A stretch of 28,494 nucleotides of DNA from Methanotrichaceae archaeon (lineage in GTDB: Archaea > Halobacteriota > Methanosarcinia > Methanotrichales > Methanotrichaceae): the NCBI GenBank assembly GCA_963754945.1, contig CAVWIG010000053.1, forward strand, positions 1 through 28,494. The letters run 5' to 3'. The notes under the pieces are model-generated. The model did no database searches and had not been told where the DNA came from. It saw nothing but the letters and a program-made list of their open reading frames with translations. Position numbers and translations under genes: made by a program. How positions within the stretch are numbered: the first letter of the stretch is position 1; each line of letters starts with the position of its first letter. Below are positions 7,754 through 17,560 of this stretch, piece after piece.

Positions 7754-9953
7754 TGTCAACGTGAACGAGAACATGCGTCGGAATAGCGAGCGTGTCTGGA
7801 TCGCCTGGACAAACAGACCAATAAGGGACGAAAATGGAAATCTAGTGGAAATCCTTTGCATCGGAAATGATATTACCGAGCGCAGGAGGGCAGAAGAGTC
7901 ATATCGTTTATTGGTCGACCACTCTTTGCAGGGTCTAGTAGTCGTCCAGGACGGAAAAATAGTCTTCGCCAATAAAGCTTTCTCAGAAATCACAGGTTAT
8001 AGTTTAGATGAACTTCAGACAATGTCAATCGATGATAACCTGGTGCTCGTTAATGGGGAGGACAGAGCAAAGCTCTTGTCTGGATACAGAGATCGTTTAA
8101 AGGGGAATCGTTCTCCAGCTCGTTATGAATGTCGCATAATCTGCAAGGATGGATCGACAAAATGGGTAGAAACTTATACTAGCATTACTGAATATAGGGG
8201 GGAGCCTGCTGTTCAAGCTGCCTTCATAGATATCACAGAGCGTAGGCTTGCAGAAGATGCGTTACACGCTAAGGACGTTCTCCTGGCCGGAGTTGCCGTT
8301 GCCGCTAATATTCTTCTAACCATAACAGACCTGAAGTCTGCAATTAATGAGACGCTAGAGCTTCTAGGGACAATTATCCGAGTAGACCGGGTCTATGTCT
8401 TCGAAAACCATGATTCAAAAACTGGCGAGCATCTTGCCAGTTTGCGTTATGAATGGGCAAGAAATGCCAGCTTATCTCAGAAGGCAAATCCCGATTTGCA
8501 GAACTCTCCATACGTCCCTATTATGTCTCGTTGGTATGATCTGCTTTCAGCTGGTAAGCTGATCAAAGGCTCGGTTCGAGAGTTTCCTGAATATGAACGG
8601 GTGAAGCTTGAACATCAGAATATTAAATCTACCTTGGCGATTCCGATTTTGATAGAAAACCGATTTTGGGGATTTATTGGCTTCGATGATTATCATCCCG
8701 AACGTATCTGGACGAATGTAGATGTATCTGTTCTTCAAGCAGCAACAGCCTCTATTGGCGGAGCCATTACCCGTATGCAAGCAGAGGACGAACTGATAAA
8801 AGCCAAGGACGCTGCAGAATCTGCGGCCAAAGCCAAATCCGAGTTCCTGGCAAACATGAGCCACGAGATACGAACTCCAATGAACGCGGTTATAGGCTTG
8901 ACGGGCCTTCTCATGGAAACAGATTTGACATTGGAACAGCGCAATTATTTGGAGATGATCAGAAGCAGTGGGGACTTGTTACTATCGGTTATAAACAATA
9001 TACTCGACTTTTCTAAGATCGACAGCGGCAAATTAGAGTTGGAATCCCGGCCATTTAATCTGAAAGTGTGCTTGGAGGACTCCCTGAATCTTGTATGCTC
9101 AAGAGCATCTGAAAAAAGCCTATACCTGTCTTATACAATCGATGGCGGCACTCCTCAGACAATCATGGGTGATCCTATCAGGCTGCAACAAATCTTGGCC
9201 AATCTACTCAGCAACGCCATTAAATTCACAGACAAAGGTGAGATATCAGTCTCAATCTCTAGCAAGAAGCTGGAAAACCCATGTTGTGAAATGTACTTTG
9301 AAGTAAAAGATACCGGAATTGGAATTCCTAAAGAGAAGATGAGCCGTCTATTTCAATCGTTCACCCAAATAGATTCATCGACTACCTGCAAGTATGGCGG
9401 CACAGGGCTCGGTCTTGCCGTAAGCAAGAACCTTGTGGAAATGATGGGCGGAAGGATCTGGGCTGAGAGCCAGTTTGGCAGGGGTTCAACCTTTTGCTTC
9501 ACAATATTGGCTGATGCTACCACTATCAAGTCCGCGAGTAGAACAGCAGAGGCACGACAAGAGAGCGACATTGGAGAGAATAGAAACCATGTTCTCCGGA
9601 TATTGTTGGCCGAAGATAACCCTGTTAACCAAATGGTAATGTTAAAAATGCTAAATAAGCTAGGCTATCACGCTGACGTGGCAGCCGATGGGACAGAGGT
9701 TTTACGTTCCTTAGAACACCAGCCCTACGACCTAATTCTAATGGACGTTCATATGCCAGAAATGGATGGCTTTGAAGCTGCCAGGGCAATTCGAAAGCGA
9801 TGGGCGTCTGCAGAGCAGCCGAAGATAATCGCTATCACTGCCCATGCACTCAAAGGTGATCGAGAGAAATGTCTCGCGGCAGGCATGGATGATTACGTTG
9901 CAAAGCCAGTCAAGCTGGAAAAGTTGCGGGCAATCTTGGAATTATATGGTTAG
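7728..9953 (+). CDS. C-terminal part of hybrid histidine kinase: PAS remainder-PAS-GAF-HisKA-HATPase-receiver
   Basis: H-box [12 protein letters not shown]-box [11 protein letters not shown]1 DTGIG, G2 GGTGLGL, receiver LLAEDN...[11 protein letters not shown]...KPV, GAF-like LAIPI...FWGFIGFDD. Continues the upstream ORF after a +1 frameshift near 7751. Confidence 0.9.
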   Translation: MARLLIGTNVNVNENMRRNSERVWIAWTNRPIRDENGNLVEILCIGNDITERRRAEESYRLLVDHSLQGLVVVQDGKIVFANKAFSEITGYSLDELQTMSIDDNLVLVNGEDRAKLLSGYRDRLKGNRSPARYECRIICKDGSTKWVETYTSITEYRGEPAVQAAFIDITERRLAEDALHAKDVLLAGVAVAANILLTITDLKSAINETLELLGTIIRVDRVYVFENHDSKTGEHLASLRYEWARNASLSQKANPDLQNSPYVPIMSRWYDLLSAGKLIKGSVREFPEYERVKLEHQNIKSTLAIPILIENRFWGFIGFDDYHPERIWTNVDVSVLQAATASIGGAITRMQAEDELIKAKDAAESAAKAKSEFLANMSHEIRTPMNAVIGLTGLLMETDLTLEQRNYLEMIRSSGDLLLSVINNILDFSKIDSGKLELESRPFNLKVCLEDSLNLVCSRASEKSLYLSYTIDGGTPQTIMGDPIRLQQILANLLSNAIKFTDKGEISVSISSKKLENPCCEMYFEVKDTGIGIPKEKMSRLFQSFTQIDSSTTCKYGGTGLGLAVSKNLVEMMGGRIWAESQFGRGSTFCFTILADATTIKSASRTAEARQESDIGENRNHVLRILLAEDNPVNQMVMLKMLNKLGYHADVAADGTEVLRSLEHQPYDLILMDVHMPEMDGFEAARAIRKRWASAEQPKIIAITAHALKGDREKCLAAGMDDYVAKPVKLEKLRAILELYG

Positions 9954-10011
9954 CTTCAATGATGCGATCAACAGCCAAAGTTTACTCGTAAAATCGAGCA
10001 GGGGTCCCGTC

Positions 10012-10077
10012 CCCCGCAAGCTTTCTCTGACTTGGGTTAGATACCGGTAATAGGTTCCAAGTTACAAGCTGCGGGGT
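10012..10077. repeat. IS200-end-like hairpin with expanded loop (copy 1)
   Basis: ccccgc-aagc-[tttctctgacttgggttagataccggtaataggttccaagttac]-aagct-gcggggt; homologous to 21822-21885. Confidence 0.65.
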
Positions 10078-10250
10078 GCGCTGTTTGATTTTTCGGTGGA
10101 ATGGCCATGCCTCCCAAACGGGATCGACAGCTTCTAAAATTGCAACTGGCCGAAATTAGCGACTGATCCGGACAACTTCAGGAAACTCAGCATAGAATTA
10201 TACAATTATGTGCTAGATTGTCTCTGGTGCCTGTTGTGTAGTCCCGAAAC

Positions 10251-10436
10251 CATGTGTCATCGGTTAAGGAATTTATGAAAAATAATTGGCAGTCTATTTT
10301 ACATTTTGAGATTGGTAATCGTATGCATGTTTGATGAAATCGACTACATCCGCATTGGCTCTCAAGTCAGAGATAAATGCAGAATTAAAACCTTGACACG
10401 ATTTCTATAGCAGGCGGTCTTAACCGATGACCAATG
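10251..10436. mobile_element. 186-bp MITE with CAT-starting TIRs (IS4/ISH8-like) inserted in the IS481 left TIR
   Basis: TIRs catgtgtcatcggttaag and reverse complement cattggtcatcggttaag (16/18). 11-bp TSD agtcccgaaac at 10240-10250 and 10437-10447. Confidence 0.88.
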
Positions 10437-10651
10437 AGTCCCGAAACCTTTGACTTTATATATCCATCAAAAGGGGATGGGAAAGAAGAATAAAGTTGTA
10501 AAGCTAACAGAGAAGAAGATCCGATATATCATTCGAGCCAAAACAAGAGGCGATAGCACCAAAAGAATCGCTGAGGATATGAAGTTGAGTCCGTCCTCTG
10601 TGAAACGTGTCTGGATGCACTGGACGAAAACCAAGATGCTGCTAAACATTA

Positions 10652-11243
10652 GTCAAACGTTGCGGCGGCGGACCCCGCTGCAAGCAGGCGGGGCATGTTC
10701 CCGCCGCCGCCAAGTTAATCGAATTCAAGCAAACTCATTTGCATAAATCCTTCTTTTTCTTCCGTTGTTCCTTGCATTTCGACATAATTGCGAATTATGT
10801 CCGATAATATCCCATCACCTACCGTCCCAATATATCCCCCATCGCTCCAAAATTCGCTGCCCCAAAGTGCTTTTTTGATTTCAGGAAATCTTTTGAAAAT
10901 TTCTCTTGCGGTTATGCTTTTTATTATTTGCATAATCCTTGATGGCGAATGCTTTGGAGCTGCTCCAACGAAAATATGTATGTGATCTCCATCAGTCCCA
11001 ATGGCATCAAATACAAATTGATATCGTTCTCCCAATTCTGAGCAAATATACTTGAAATATTCAATCTTATTATTTCCAGAAAGTAATTTCTTTCTATACT
11101 TTATACATAGAACCATGTGATACCTAATTTTGTACACGCAATGATTCGCCCTTCCTAATTTAACCATAAGCCGAATATGCAACTACCCTTAAGTCGGTTT
11201 TCATGCTCATCCCCGCAGCAAGCTGCGGGGTATTCACTTAAAA
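10652..11243 (-). mobile_element. IS200/IS605-family element carrying tnpA only (no tnpB)
   Basis: Subterminal hairpins ccccgcagc-aa-gctgcgggg (11211-11230) and ccccgctgcaagcaggcgggg inside outer stem gcggcggcgg/ccgccgccgc. No TSD. Adjacent TTTAT (minus strand, 11244-11248). Excision restores the IS481 reading L-N-I-N-K-F-G-R. Confidence 0.9.
10715..11167 (-). CDS. tnpA: IS200/IS605 Y1 HUH transposase TnpA
   Basis: HCVYKIRYHMVLCIKYRKKLL, HUH motif DHIH, IIKSITAREIF, LWGSEFWSDGGY, catalytic YVEMQ. Frame intact. ATG 11167 preferred over TTG 11182. Confidence 0.95.
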   Translation of the reverse strand: MVKLGRANHCVYKIRYHMVLCIKYRKKLLSGNNKIEYFKYICSELGERYQFVFDAIGTDGDHIHIFVGAAPKHSPSRIMQIIKSITAREIFKRFPEIKKALWGSEFWSDGGYIGTVGDGILSDIIRNYVEMQGTTEEKEGFMQMSLLEFD

Positions 11244-12139
11244 ATAAATTTGGAAGAAAGAAAAAGACTTGAATGAAGAATCCGAAAAGCTGATACTTGA
11301 AGTCAACAAAGAGCAAAATTTAGGCGCGAGAAGACTGGAAAAGATCATTGAATTCCAGTACGGAAAGCATATCCCACACAACGCCATTCATAAGGTGCTG
11401 CTGAATCATGGCTTGGCTAATGTGGACCGCAATAATCGAAGCGCAGAAAACCTTGGATTAGATACGAACGCAAGCACAGCCTGTCCTTGGTGCATCTGGA
11501 TTGGCATACCAGCGATCACGATGGGAAAAAGGTTTACGTCTGCGTGGTTCTCGATGATAGTTCGCGGCGCATTCTCGCGGGCGGCGAGTTTGATGCCGAA
11601 ACAACAGAAAACAGCTTACAGCTCCTCAAGGAAGCTATGGAAAGATTTGGCTGCCTGGCAAGCATTGAGCAGGTGTTGACCGATCGTGGGACACGATTCT
11701 ATGCCAATAAGCGAGATAAGAACGGCAATGAGATAGCAGATTTGAAAACTTTCTTGTGAATGATAAAATCAAACATATCAAATCTCGCGTTAATCATCCT
11801 CAGACCAATGGAAAAGTTGAAAAATGGAATGATACCTATGAAATTAACAGGTTTAAGTTCGAAAATTTTGACAATTTTGTGAATTGGTATAATACAGTTA
11901 GATTTCATGAGTCGCTTGATACAAAATGGTATCTACAGACACCAGATATCGCATTCTGGTCAAGGCTGCCAGAAGGATGCAAATTAGGAATGTTCCTGAA
12001 TCGGATGGAGACTGAATTGAATGGTTGATAAAGAATATAATGAAACAGCTGGAGTATATAAAGTCCAAACTTTCAGGACTACACAGTCTCTGGTGCCTGT
12101 AGAAAGAGCTATACATATCTGTACGCTATCCTGAATCGT

Positions 12140-12898
12140 ATGGCAATGCTCGAGGTAAAGAGCGTATCCAAGCTCTTCAATGTAAACGGAAAGCAGATGG
12201 AGGCGCTGCACGACATAAACCTCGATATCAGTGAGAATGAGTTCGTCTGCTTTATCGGCCCCTCTGGCTGCGGCAAGACAACCCTCCTCAGAGTAATCGC
12301 TGGCCTCGAAGAGCCATCCAGCGGGGAGATCCGCCTAGAAGGCCACCCAATAAAAGGGCCTGGTCCTGAGAGAGGGATGGTGTTCCAGGAGTACTCGCTA
12401 TTTCCTTGGAGGACAGTCCTGGACAATGTCGCCTTCGGCCTGGAGCTGAAGGGTTTCAGCAAGGATGAAAGGTACAGAAAAGCTAGAGCGTACATCAAGA
12501 TGGTAGGCCTCGAACGCTTTGAAGAAAGATACCCCCATGAGCTGTCGGGAGGAATGAAACAACGGGTGGCAATTGTCCGTGCCCTGGTGAACGAGCCAAA
12601 AGCGCTGCTAATGGACGAGCCTTTTGGCGCTTTGGACGCCCAGACCAGGAACATAATGCAGTCCGAGCTCCTGAGGATATGGGAAGAAGAGAAGAAGACG
12701 GTGGTCTTTGTCACTCACAGCGTCGATGAGGCCATCTACCTAGCGGACAGAATCGTCATAATGTCGGCCCGTCCAGGGAAGATCAAGGACGTCATAAAGA
12801 TCGACCTGCCTAGACCCAGGACCAGAACTAGCCCGCAGGTCAATATAATCAGGGACCGAATACTTTGTGACCTGAAGTCGGAGATTCTGGCCTCTTGA
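12140..12898 (+). CDS. ABC transporter ATP-binding protein, NitT/TauT (SsuB/TauB/NrtD) type
   Basis: Walker A GPSGCGKTT, Q-loop MVFQEYSLFPW, LSGGMKQR, LLMDEPFGALD, VTHSVDEA, DLPRPR. Confidence 0.92.
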   Translation: MAMLEVKSVSKLFNVNGKQMEALHDINLDISENEFVCFIGPSGCGKTTLLRVIAGLEEPSSGEIRLEGHPIKGPGPERGMVFQEYSLFPWRTVLDNVAFGLELKGFSKDERYRKARAYIKMVGLERFEERYPHELSGGMKQRVAIVRALVNEPKALLMDEPFGALDAQTRNIMQSELLRIWEEEKKTVVFVTHSVDEAIYLADRIVIMSARPGKIKDVIKIDLPRPRTRTSPQVNIIRDRILCDLKSEILAS

Positions 12899-12977
12899 GA
12901 AGGCGGCTTGGGAATAACTTTTATACTCTGCAGTGGACCCTAGTATTGGAGTTTTACCTAAGCGAGATGGTGAGGCC

Positions 12978-14018
12978 TTGAGATCCCGGTGGATGGAGCT
13001 TCCGTGCAGGGTCGTGGTCGGGAGCGACGCCGTATCAGAGATATCGGAGATTTGTGATGATCTCAAGCTCAAGGGCCGGCCCTTGATTATAACCGGCCCC
13101 AACACTCTGGACGTTATGGGAAAGGAGATCTCTCGGCTCTTGGAAAGGTTCGAGCCAGAGATCATGGTCTCAAAGGCCTCAAGGATGGAGGAGGTAGACC
13201 GTGCAGAGGGCTTGGCAGGCGAGATTGGCGCGGGCTATGTCATCGGCGTAGGCGGTGGCAGGTCGATAGACATTGCCAAGCTGGCATCGCTGCATAGAGA
13301 CGTACCTTTTTTGAGCGTGCCTACAGCCGCATCTCACGACGGAATATGCTCTGCCCAGGCCAGCATCACAGTTAACGGCGAAACCACATCCATCTCTGCC
13401 CATTCTCCTATGGCTATCATAGCCGACACCAGGATCATCTCCAGCGCTCCCGCGCGGCTTCTTTCTGCCGGCTGCGGCGATATAATTTCCAACTATACTG
13501 CACTGCTGGACTGGCAGCTAGCTCACAGATTGCGTAACGAGGAGTACAGCGAGTATGCGGCAGCACTATCCGACATGACGGCCAAGATGGTGGTAGCCCA
13601 GGCGCCGACCATAAGACCTGGACTGGAAGAGTCCGCCAGAGTGGTTGTCAAGGCCCTCATATCCAGTGGAGTTGCCATGAGCATAGCAGGCTCGTCTCGA
13701 CCGGCCAGCGGCTCAGAGCACAAGTTTGCCCATGCCATAAACAGGATAGCTCCCGGCAGGGCTTTGCACGGAGAGCTGTGCGGGATAGGGACCATTGTAA
13801 TGATGTATCTGCACGGCGGAGATTGGCGGATGATAAGAGATGCACTGCGCTATACCGGCGCTCCCACCTCAGCATGCGAGCTGGGTTTAGACCGAGACAC
13901 TGTAATCGAGGCGCTCACCAGCGCCCACAAGATCCGCCCCGAACGCTACACCATCCTTGACGCAGGCCTGGCCGAGAAGGCAGCAATTAAGGCTGCAGAG
14001 ACAACGGAAATAGTTTGA
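12978..14018 (+). CDS. egsA: sn-glycerol-1-phosphate dehydrogenase
   Basis: GVGGGRSIDIAK, PTAASHDG, SRPASGSEH, LHGELCG, IRPERYTIL. TTG start at 12978 follows SD ggtgagg. Confidence 0.93.
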   Translation: MRSRWMELPCRVVVGSDAVSEISEICDDLKLKGRPLIITGPNTLDVMGKEISRLLERFEPEIMVSKASRMEEVDRAEGLAGEIGAGYVIGVGGGRSIDIAKLASLHRDVPFLSVPTAASHDGICSAQASITVNGETTSISAHSPMAIIADTRIISSAPARLLSAGCGDIISNYTALLDWQLAHRLRNEEYSEYAAALSDMTAKMVVAQAPTIRPGLEESARVVVKALISSGVAMSIAGSSRPASGSEHKFAHAINRIAPGRALHGELCGIGTIVMMYLHGGDWRMIRDALRYTGAPTSACELGLDRDTVIEALTSAHKIRPERYTILDAGLAEKAAIKAAETTEIV

Positions 14019-14055
14019 AATATAATGATTATCTATAACGATGGAGGAAAGAAAG

Positions 14056-14505
14056 ATGTCTGAAGCTTCTACCCAGATCACACTGATAGGAATAAAGCTT
14101 GCAACCATAGGAATGGAGTTCACCTTCAACGGCCCCACGCCGGATTGCGATCCCTGCAAGCTTCGAAACACCTGCATGAACCTGGAAACCGACAGAAGGT
14201 ACCGAATTTTAGGAACGCGAGGAGAGCTGATCCATGAATGCCCCATCCACGAGGCCGGTGTGCGTGCAGTCGAGGTTACCGAGAGCCCAATAATTGCAGC
14301 CCTTGATGCCAGAAAAGCCTTTCCTGGATCAAAGATAGTCTTTGAGCCGGTGAGATGCGACCAGTCCGACTGCAGAATGTTCGAGATCTGTCACCCCGTA
14401 GGCATGAAGGACGGAGAGAGGCTTACAATTGTGGACGTAGTGGGCGAATCTCCCGAGGACTGCGCGCGCGGCTACGCCCTCAAGCTTGTGGAGCTCAAGC
14501 GCTAA
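14056..14505 (+). CDS. UPF0179 family protein (Cys-rich, archaeal)
   Basis: ITLIG.KLA..G.EF.F.G...[24 protein letters not shown]-terminal Cys pattern; typical position after egsA. ATG 14056 follows ggagg (14041 also possible). Confidence 0.82.
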   Translation: MSEASTQITLIGIKLATIGMEFTFNGPTPDCDPCKLRNTCMNLETDRRYRILGTRGELIHECPIHEAGVRAVEVTESPIIAALDARKAFPGSKIVFEPVRCDQSDCRMFEICHPVGMKDGERLTIVDVVGESPEDCARGYALKLVELKR

Positions 14506-15533
14506 TGAGGGTTCTGACCTATTCGCGAAATGTGTTCATTCCAGTCACTGATCTTTGCAGCAACAGATGCGGTTATTGCTCCTTCAGGCGAGATCCTGAA
14601 AAAGCAAAGATAATTCGAAGATCAGAGGCATCTCGACTGATTACTCTAGGCGCTGAAGCGGGATGTTCGGAAGCTCTGCTCTCCATGGGCGACAGTCCTT
14701 GGAAGGTCCCCGGGTTCGATAGGATTACGGCAGATTCAGGCTTTGCTGGGATGACAAGGTCTGATTTTATAGATTACCTCATAGAACTCTGTGAAATGTC
14801 CCTGGAAGCCGGCCTCTTGCCTCACACCAACGCCGGCCTGCTCTGCGAGGACGAAATGTTGAGGCTCGCTCCCTACAACGCCAGCATGGGCCTTATGCTG
14901 GAGACTACTGCAGATGTGCCCGCGCACGCGCAGTCTCCAGAGAAGAGTCCTATGCGGAGAATATCTCACATAGCACAGGCCGGAAAGCTGAAGATCCCAT
15001 TCACCACTGGCATCCTCATCGGTATAGGGGAGAGCAAAGCAGATAGGATGACATCCCTGAAGGCGATATCAAACCTGCACGGGGACTACGGCCACATTCA
15101 GGAAGTGATCATCCAGCCTCTGGATCCCAAACCAGGAACCCCCATGTCGACTTTCAAACCCCCGATGGCCTCTGAGGTTGAGGACGCAGTCAGGTTGGCG
15201 AAGGAGATTCTCCCCGAGGGAGTGGCCATACAGGTTCCACCGAACCTTATAGACCCCAGATCGCTGGTCGAGGCTGGTGCTGACGATCTGGGAGGAATAA
15301 GTCCTGTTACCTCTGACTGGATAAATCCTGAACAGCCCTGGCCAAAGCTGGATGAACTCCACCTGGAAGGCTACTCTCTAAGAGAGCGGCTGCCGGTTTA
15401 TCCCCGATACGTTCTCCAAGGCTGGTACGGGAACAAAACCAAAAGACTCGTAAACGCCTTAGCAGGCCACAACGGTTTAAGGCACAGAAGACCCGGATTA
15501 AAGGTGATAAACGATGGAAAAGAAGCATCTTGA
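14505..15533 (+). CDS. cofG: FO synthase subunit CofG (radical SAM, F420 biosynthesis)
   Basis: [88 protein letters not shown] overlaps the upstream TAA (taatg). Confidence 0.93.
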   Translation: MRVLTYSRNVFIPVTDLCSNRCGYCSFRRDPEKAKIIRRSEASRLITLGAEAGCSEALLSMGDSPWKVPGFDRITADSGFAGMTRSDFIDYLIELCEMSLEAGLLPHTNAGLLCEDEMLRLAPYNASMGLMLETTADVPAHAQSPEKSPMRRISHIAQAGKLKIPFTTGILIGIGESKADRMTSLKAISNLHGDYGHIQEVIIQPLDPKPGTPMSTFKPPMASEVEDAVRLAKEILPEGVAIQVPPNLIDPRSLVEAGADDLGGISPVTSDWINPEQPWPKLDELHLEGYSLRERLPVYPRYVLQGWYGNKTKRLVNALAGHNGLRHRRPGLKVINDGKEAS

Positions 15534-15693
15534 GATAGGCATAAGCGCGGGGCTGATCGCCACGATGATCGCCCTCATGCTGATTGTCCAGATTTCAGCA
15601 CCGCAGGGAGTAAGATCTGCAGGTTTTGTAATTGTAGTGCTGCTGTTCATGATGGTCATGGGCTTTGCCGGAGTCAGGCTATTGGACATGTAG
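15514..15693 (+). CDS. 59-aa two-helix membrane protein (missed by the ORF track)
   Basis: [59 protein letters not shown]; SD ggtga at 15503-15507; fills the cofG-sepF gap. Confidence 0.75.
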   Translation: MEKKHLEIGISAGLIATMIALMLIVQISAPQGVRSAGFVIVVLLFMMVMGFAGVRLLDM

Positions 15694-15742
15694 AACGTCA
15701 GATATAAATATAATAATACAGGTTATCATCTGAGGGGTTAAT

Positions 15743-16108
15743 ATGTCTAGCTTTTTGGATAAACTAAAGATTCTTGGAAGGCCGGGCGAGGATGATTACA
15801 CCGAAGTCGACCTGGGCCAGTTCGAAGAAGTTGGCGGTTCTCCGGAGAAGATGCTGAGAGTGGCAGAACTCTCCAAGGCAGACGTCCTACTGGAGATCAA
15901 ACAGGAGATATACGCAGGTAACATTGTTCTTATCGATATCGGTGGATTGAAACAGGACAAAGCTGCTCTGGACAGAGCTATAGGCGAGCTGAAGAAGGCG
16001 GTCGATGACGTCTCCGGAGACATAGCCGGCATAGGAGACGACCTGGTTGCAGTAGTGCCCCATGGCATAAGGATAGACCGCGAGAAGGTAGTGGGAGGCA
16101 AGGATTGA
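15743..16108 (+). CDS. sepF: Archaeal cell division protein SepF
   Basis: Amphipathic N-terminus MSSFLDKLK, DYTEVDL, IYAGNIVLIDI, VSGDIAGIGDDLVAVVPHGIRIDR. Confidence 0.88.
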   Translation: MSSFLDKLKILGRPGEDDYTEVDLGQFEEVGGSPEKMLRVAELSKADVLLEIKQEIYAGNIVLIDIGGLKQDKAALDRAIGELKKAVDDVSGDIAGIGDDLVAVVPHGIRIDREKVVGGKD

Positions 16109-16674
16109 AACTCACTACTACTAACGTTTGCCCAGTCTGCTCCACTCAGATGGATTTCAACTGGGAGACTAAGGAGATTCCTCACTTCGGCGAGGCCATG
16201 ATCATAGCAGGCGTTTGCTGCTGCGGGTATCGGCACAGCGACACAATCCTTCTCAGCCAGAAGGAGCCTATGCGCCACACCTTGACAGTCTCAAGTTTGG
16301 ACGATCTCAACGCAAGGGTCATCAGATCTTCCAGCGGCACGATCAGAGTGCCTGAGCTGGGAGTAGCCGTGGAGCCCGGGCCCGCATCTGAAGGCTACGT
16401 TTCTAACATCGAGGGCGTCTTAACCAGAATCAAGGGTATAGTAGAATTTGCCACCAGATCAGCATGCGAGGCAGGCGATCTGGAGGGAACAGAACACGGC
16501 AACCAGATCCTGGAGAATATGAACATGGCTTTGAGAGGCCAGTTCAACCTGACGATTATCATAGAGGACCCCCTGGGAAACAGCGCAATCGACTCGCAGA
16601 ATGCCATACGCTCCGCACTGACCGAAGAGGAGTTAGCTGGCCTCAAGACAGGGATGATCTTGCTGGATATTTGA
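16105..16674 (+). CDS. ZPR1-type zinc finger protein
   Basis: CPVC, IPHFGE, CxCGYRHSD, DLNARVIRSSSGTIRVPELG, EGYVSNIEGVL, IIEDPLGNSAI. Confidence 0.9.
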   Translation: MKLTTTNVCPVCSTQMDFNWETKEIPHFGEAMIIAGVCCCGYRHSDTILLSQKEPMRHTLTVSSLDDLNARVIRSSSGTIRVPELGVAVEPGPASEGYVSNIEGVLTRIKGIVEFATRSACEAGDLEGTEHGNQILENMNMALRGQFNLTIIIEDPLGNSAIDSQNAIRSALTEEELAGLKTGMILLDI

Positions 16675-16675
16675 C

Positions 16676-17560
16676 ATGATAGCGTTGAGCGGCGGCACGG
16701 GAACTCCCAAACTGCTAACCGGCCTCAAGGATTTGGTCGATCCCGGGGAGCTATCCGTGGTCGTAAACACCGCCGAGGATCTGTGGATCTCTGGCAACCT
16801 GGTCTCTCCAGACGTGGACACTGTTCTTTACACTCTCGCGGGGATCGTCGATGAGGTCAGGTGGTGGGGCATCCGGAGAGACAGCTTCCACACAACCGGC
16901 TTCCTGAGAACGTTGGGCCATCCGGAACTGTTATCTTTAGGCGACAACGATCGTGCTGTTCACATATTCCGCTCCGATCTGATCAGACAGGGCGTTAGCC
17001 TTAGCATGGCTACCGAGGCTCTGGCCAAGGCAATGGGGATCAGGGCTTTGGTTGTTCCTATGACCGACGACCCTGTGTCTACCATGATCACCACTCCTGA
17101 AGGTGAGATGCACTTCCAGGATTTTTGGGTGGGCCTTGGAGGAGCGCCGGATGTCGTCTCTCTGCGCTTCCAAGGAATAGATCAGGCATCTCCATGCCCC
17201 CGATTCCAGGAGCTCCTGGAGAAAGAGGATCAGATCCTCATCGGCCCCTCTAATCCCGTAACAAGCATTGGACCAATCCTGGCTCTTCCAGGGGTATGTG
17301 AAAGGCTCAAAGGGAAAAAAATTGTTGCCATAAGTCCCCTCGTTAGGAACAAACCGGTAAGTGGTCCTGCTGCCAAGTTCATGAAAGCAGTTGGTGTTTC
17401 CGCAGACGACGAGGGCGTGGCTGCGCTGCTGGGATACCCGGAAGTCTTTGTGGTGGACAAAACAAGCAGCTACAGAGGCGATTGCGTAAGACTGGACACC
17501 TTCATGAAGGACAAGGAAGATAGCAAAAGATTGGCCAGAAGCATAATCGGGCTGATGTGA
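16676..17560 (+). CDS. cofD: 2-phospho-L-lactate transferase
   Basis: LSGGTGTPKLL, VVNTAED, SPDVDTVLYTL, LGDNDRAVH, MHFQDFWV, IGPSNPVTSIGPIL, SGPAAKFM. Confidence 0.94.
   Translation: MIALSGGTGTPKLLTGLKDLVDPGELSVVVNTAEDLWISGNLVSPDVDTVLYTLAGIVDEVRWWGIRRDSFHTTGFLRTLGHPELLSLGDNDRAVHIFRSDLIRQGVSLSMATEALAKAMGIRALVVPMTDDPVSTMITTPEGEMHFQDFWVGLGGAPDVVSLRFQGIDQASPCPRFQELLEKEDQILIGPSNPVTSIGPILALPGVCERLKGKKIVAISPLVRNKPVSGPAAKFMKAVGVSADDEGVAALLGYPEVFVVDKTSSYRGDCVRLDTFMKDKEDSKRLARSIIGLM

Larger units (their letters stand above)
10477..12028 (+). pseudogene. IS481-family DDE transposase pseudogene (split by IS200 and at least 3 frameshifts)
   Basis: HTH N-terminus (10477-10651), then LGARRLEKII, KRRKPWIRYERKHSLSLVHLDWH, VVLDDSSR, VLTDRGTRF and HPQTNGKVEK in successive frames (shifts near 11262, 11435, 11730). 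Confidence 0.9.
10235..12085 (+). mobile_element. IS481-family insertion sequence, inactivated, with a 15-bp TSD and two nested insertions
   Basis: Ends are TGT...ACA. Reconstructed left TIR tgtgtagtcccgaaacctttgactttata vs right reverse complement tgtgtagtcctgaaagtttggactttata (25/29). Direct repeat gtctctggtgcctgt at 10220-10234 and 12086-12100. Confidence 0.92.

Noticed and set aside
10450-10746. 98-aa ORF as an independent gene
   Set aside because: Chimera of the IS481 transposase N-terminus reading into the IS200 end.
11257-11272. Programmed -1 frameshift in the IS481 transposase at GAAAAAG
   Set aside because: Not a full slippery heptamer, and two further frameshifts indicate decay.
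12109-12714. 201-aa antisense ORF, and similar shadow ORFs across the cof and mtr genes
   Set aside because: Antisense shadows of well-supported genes.
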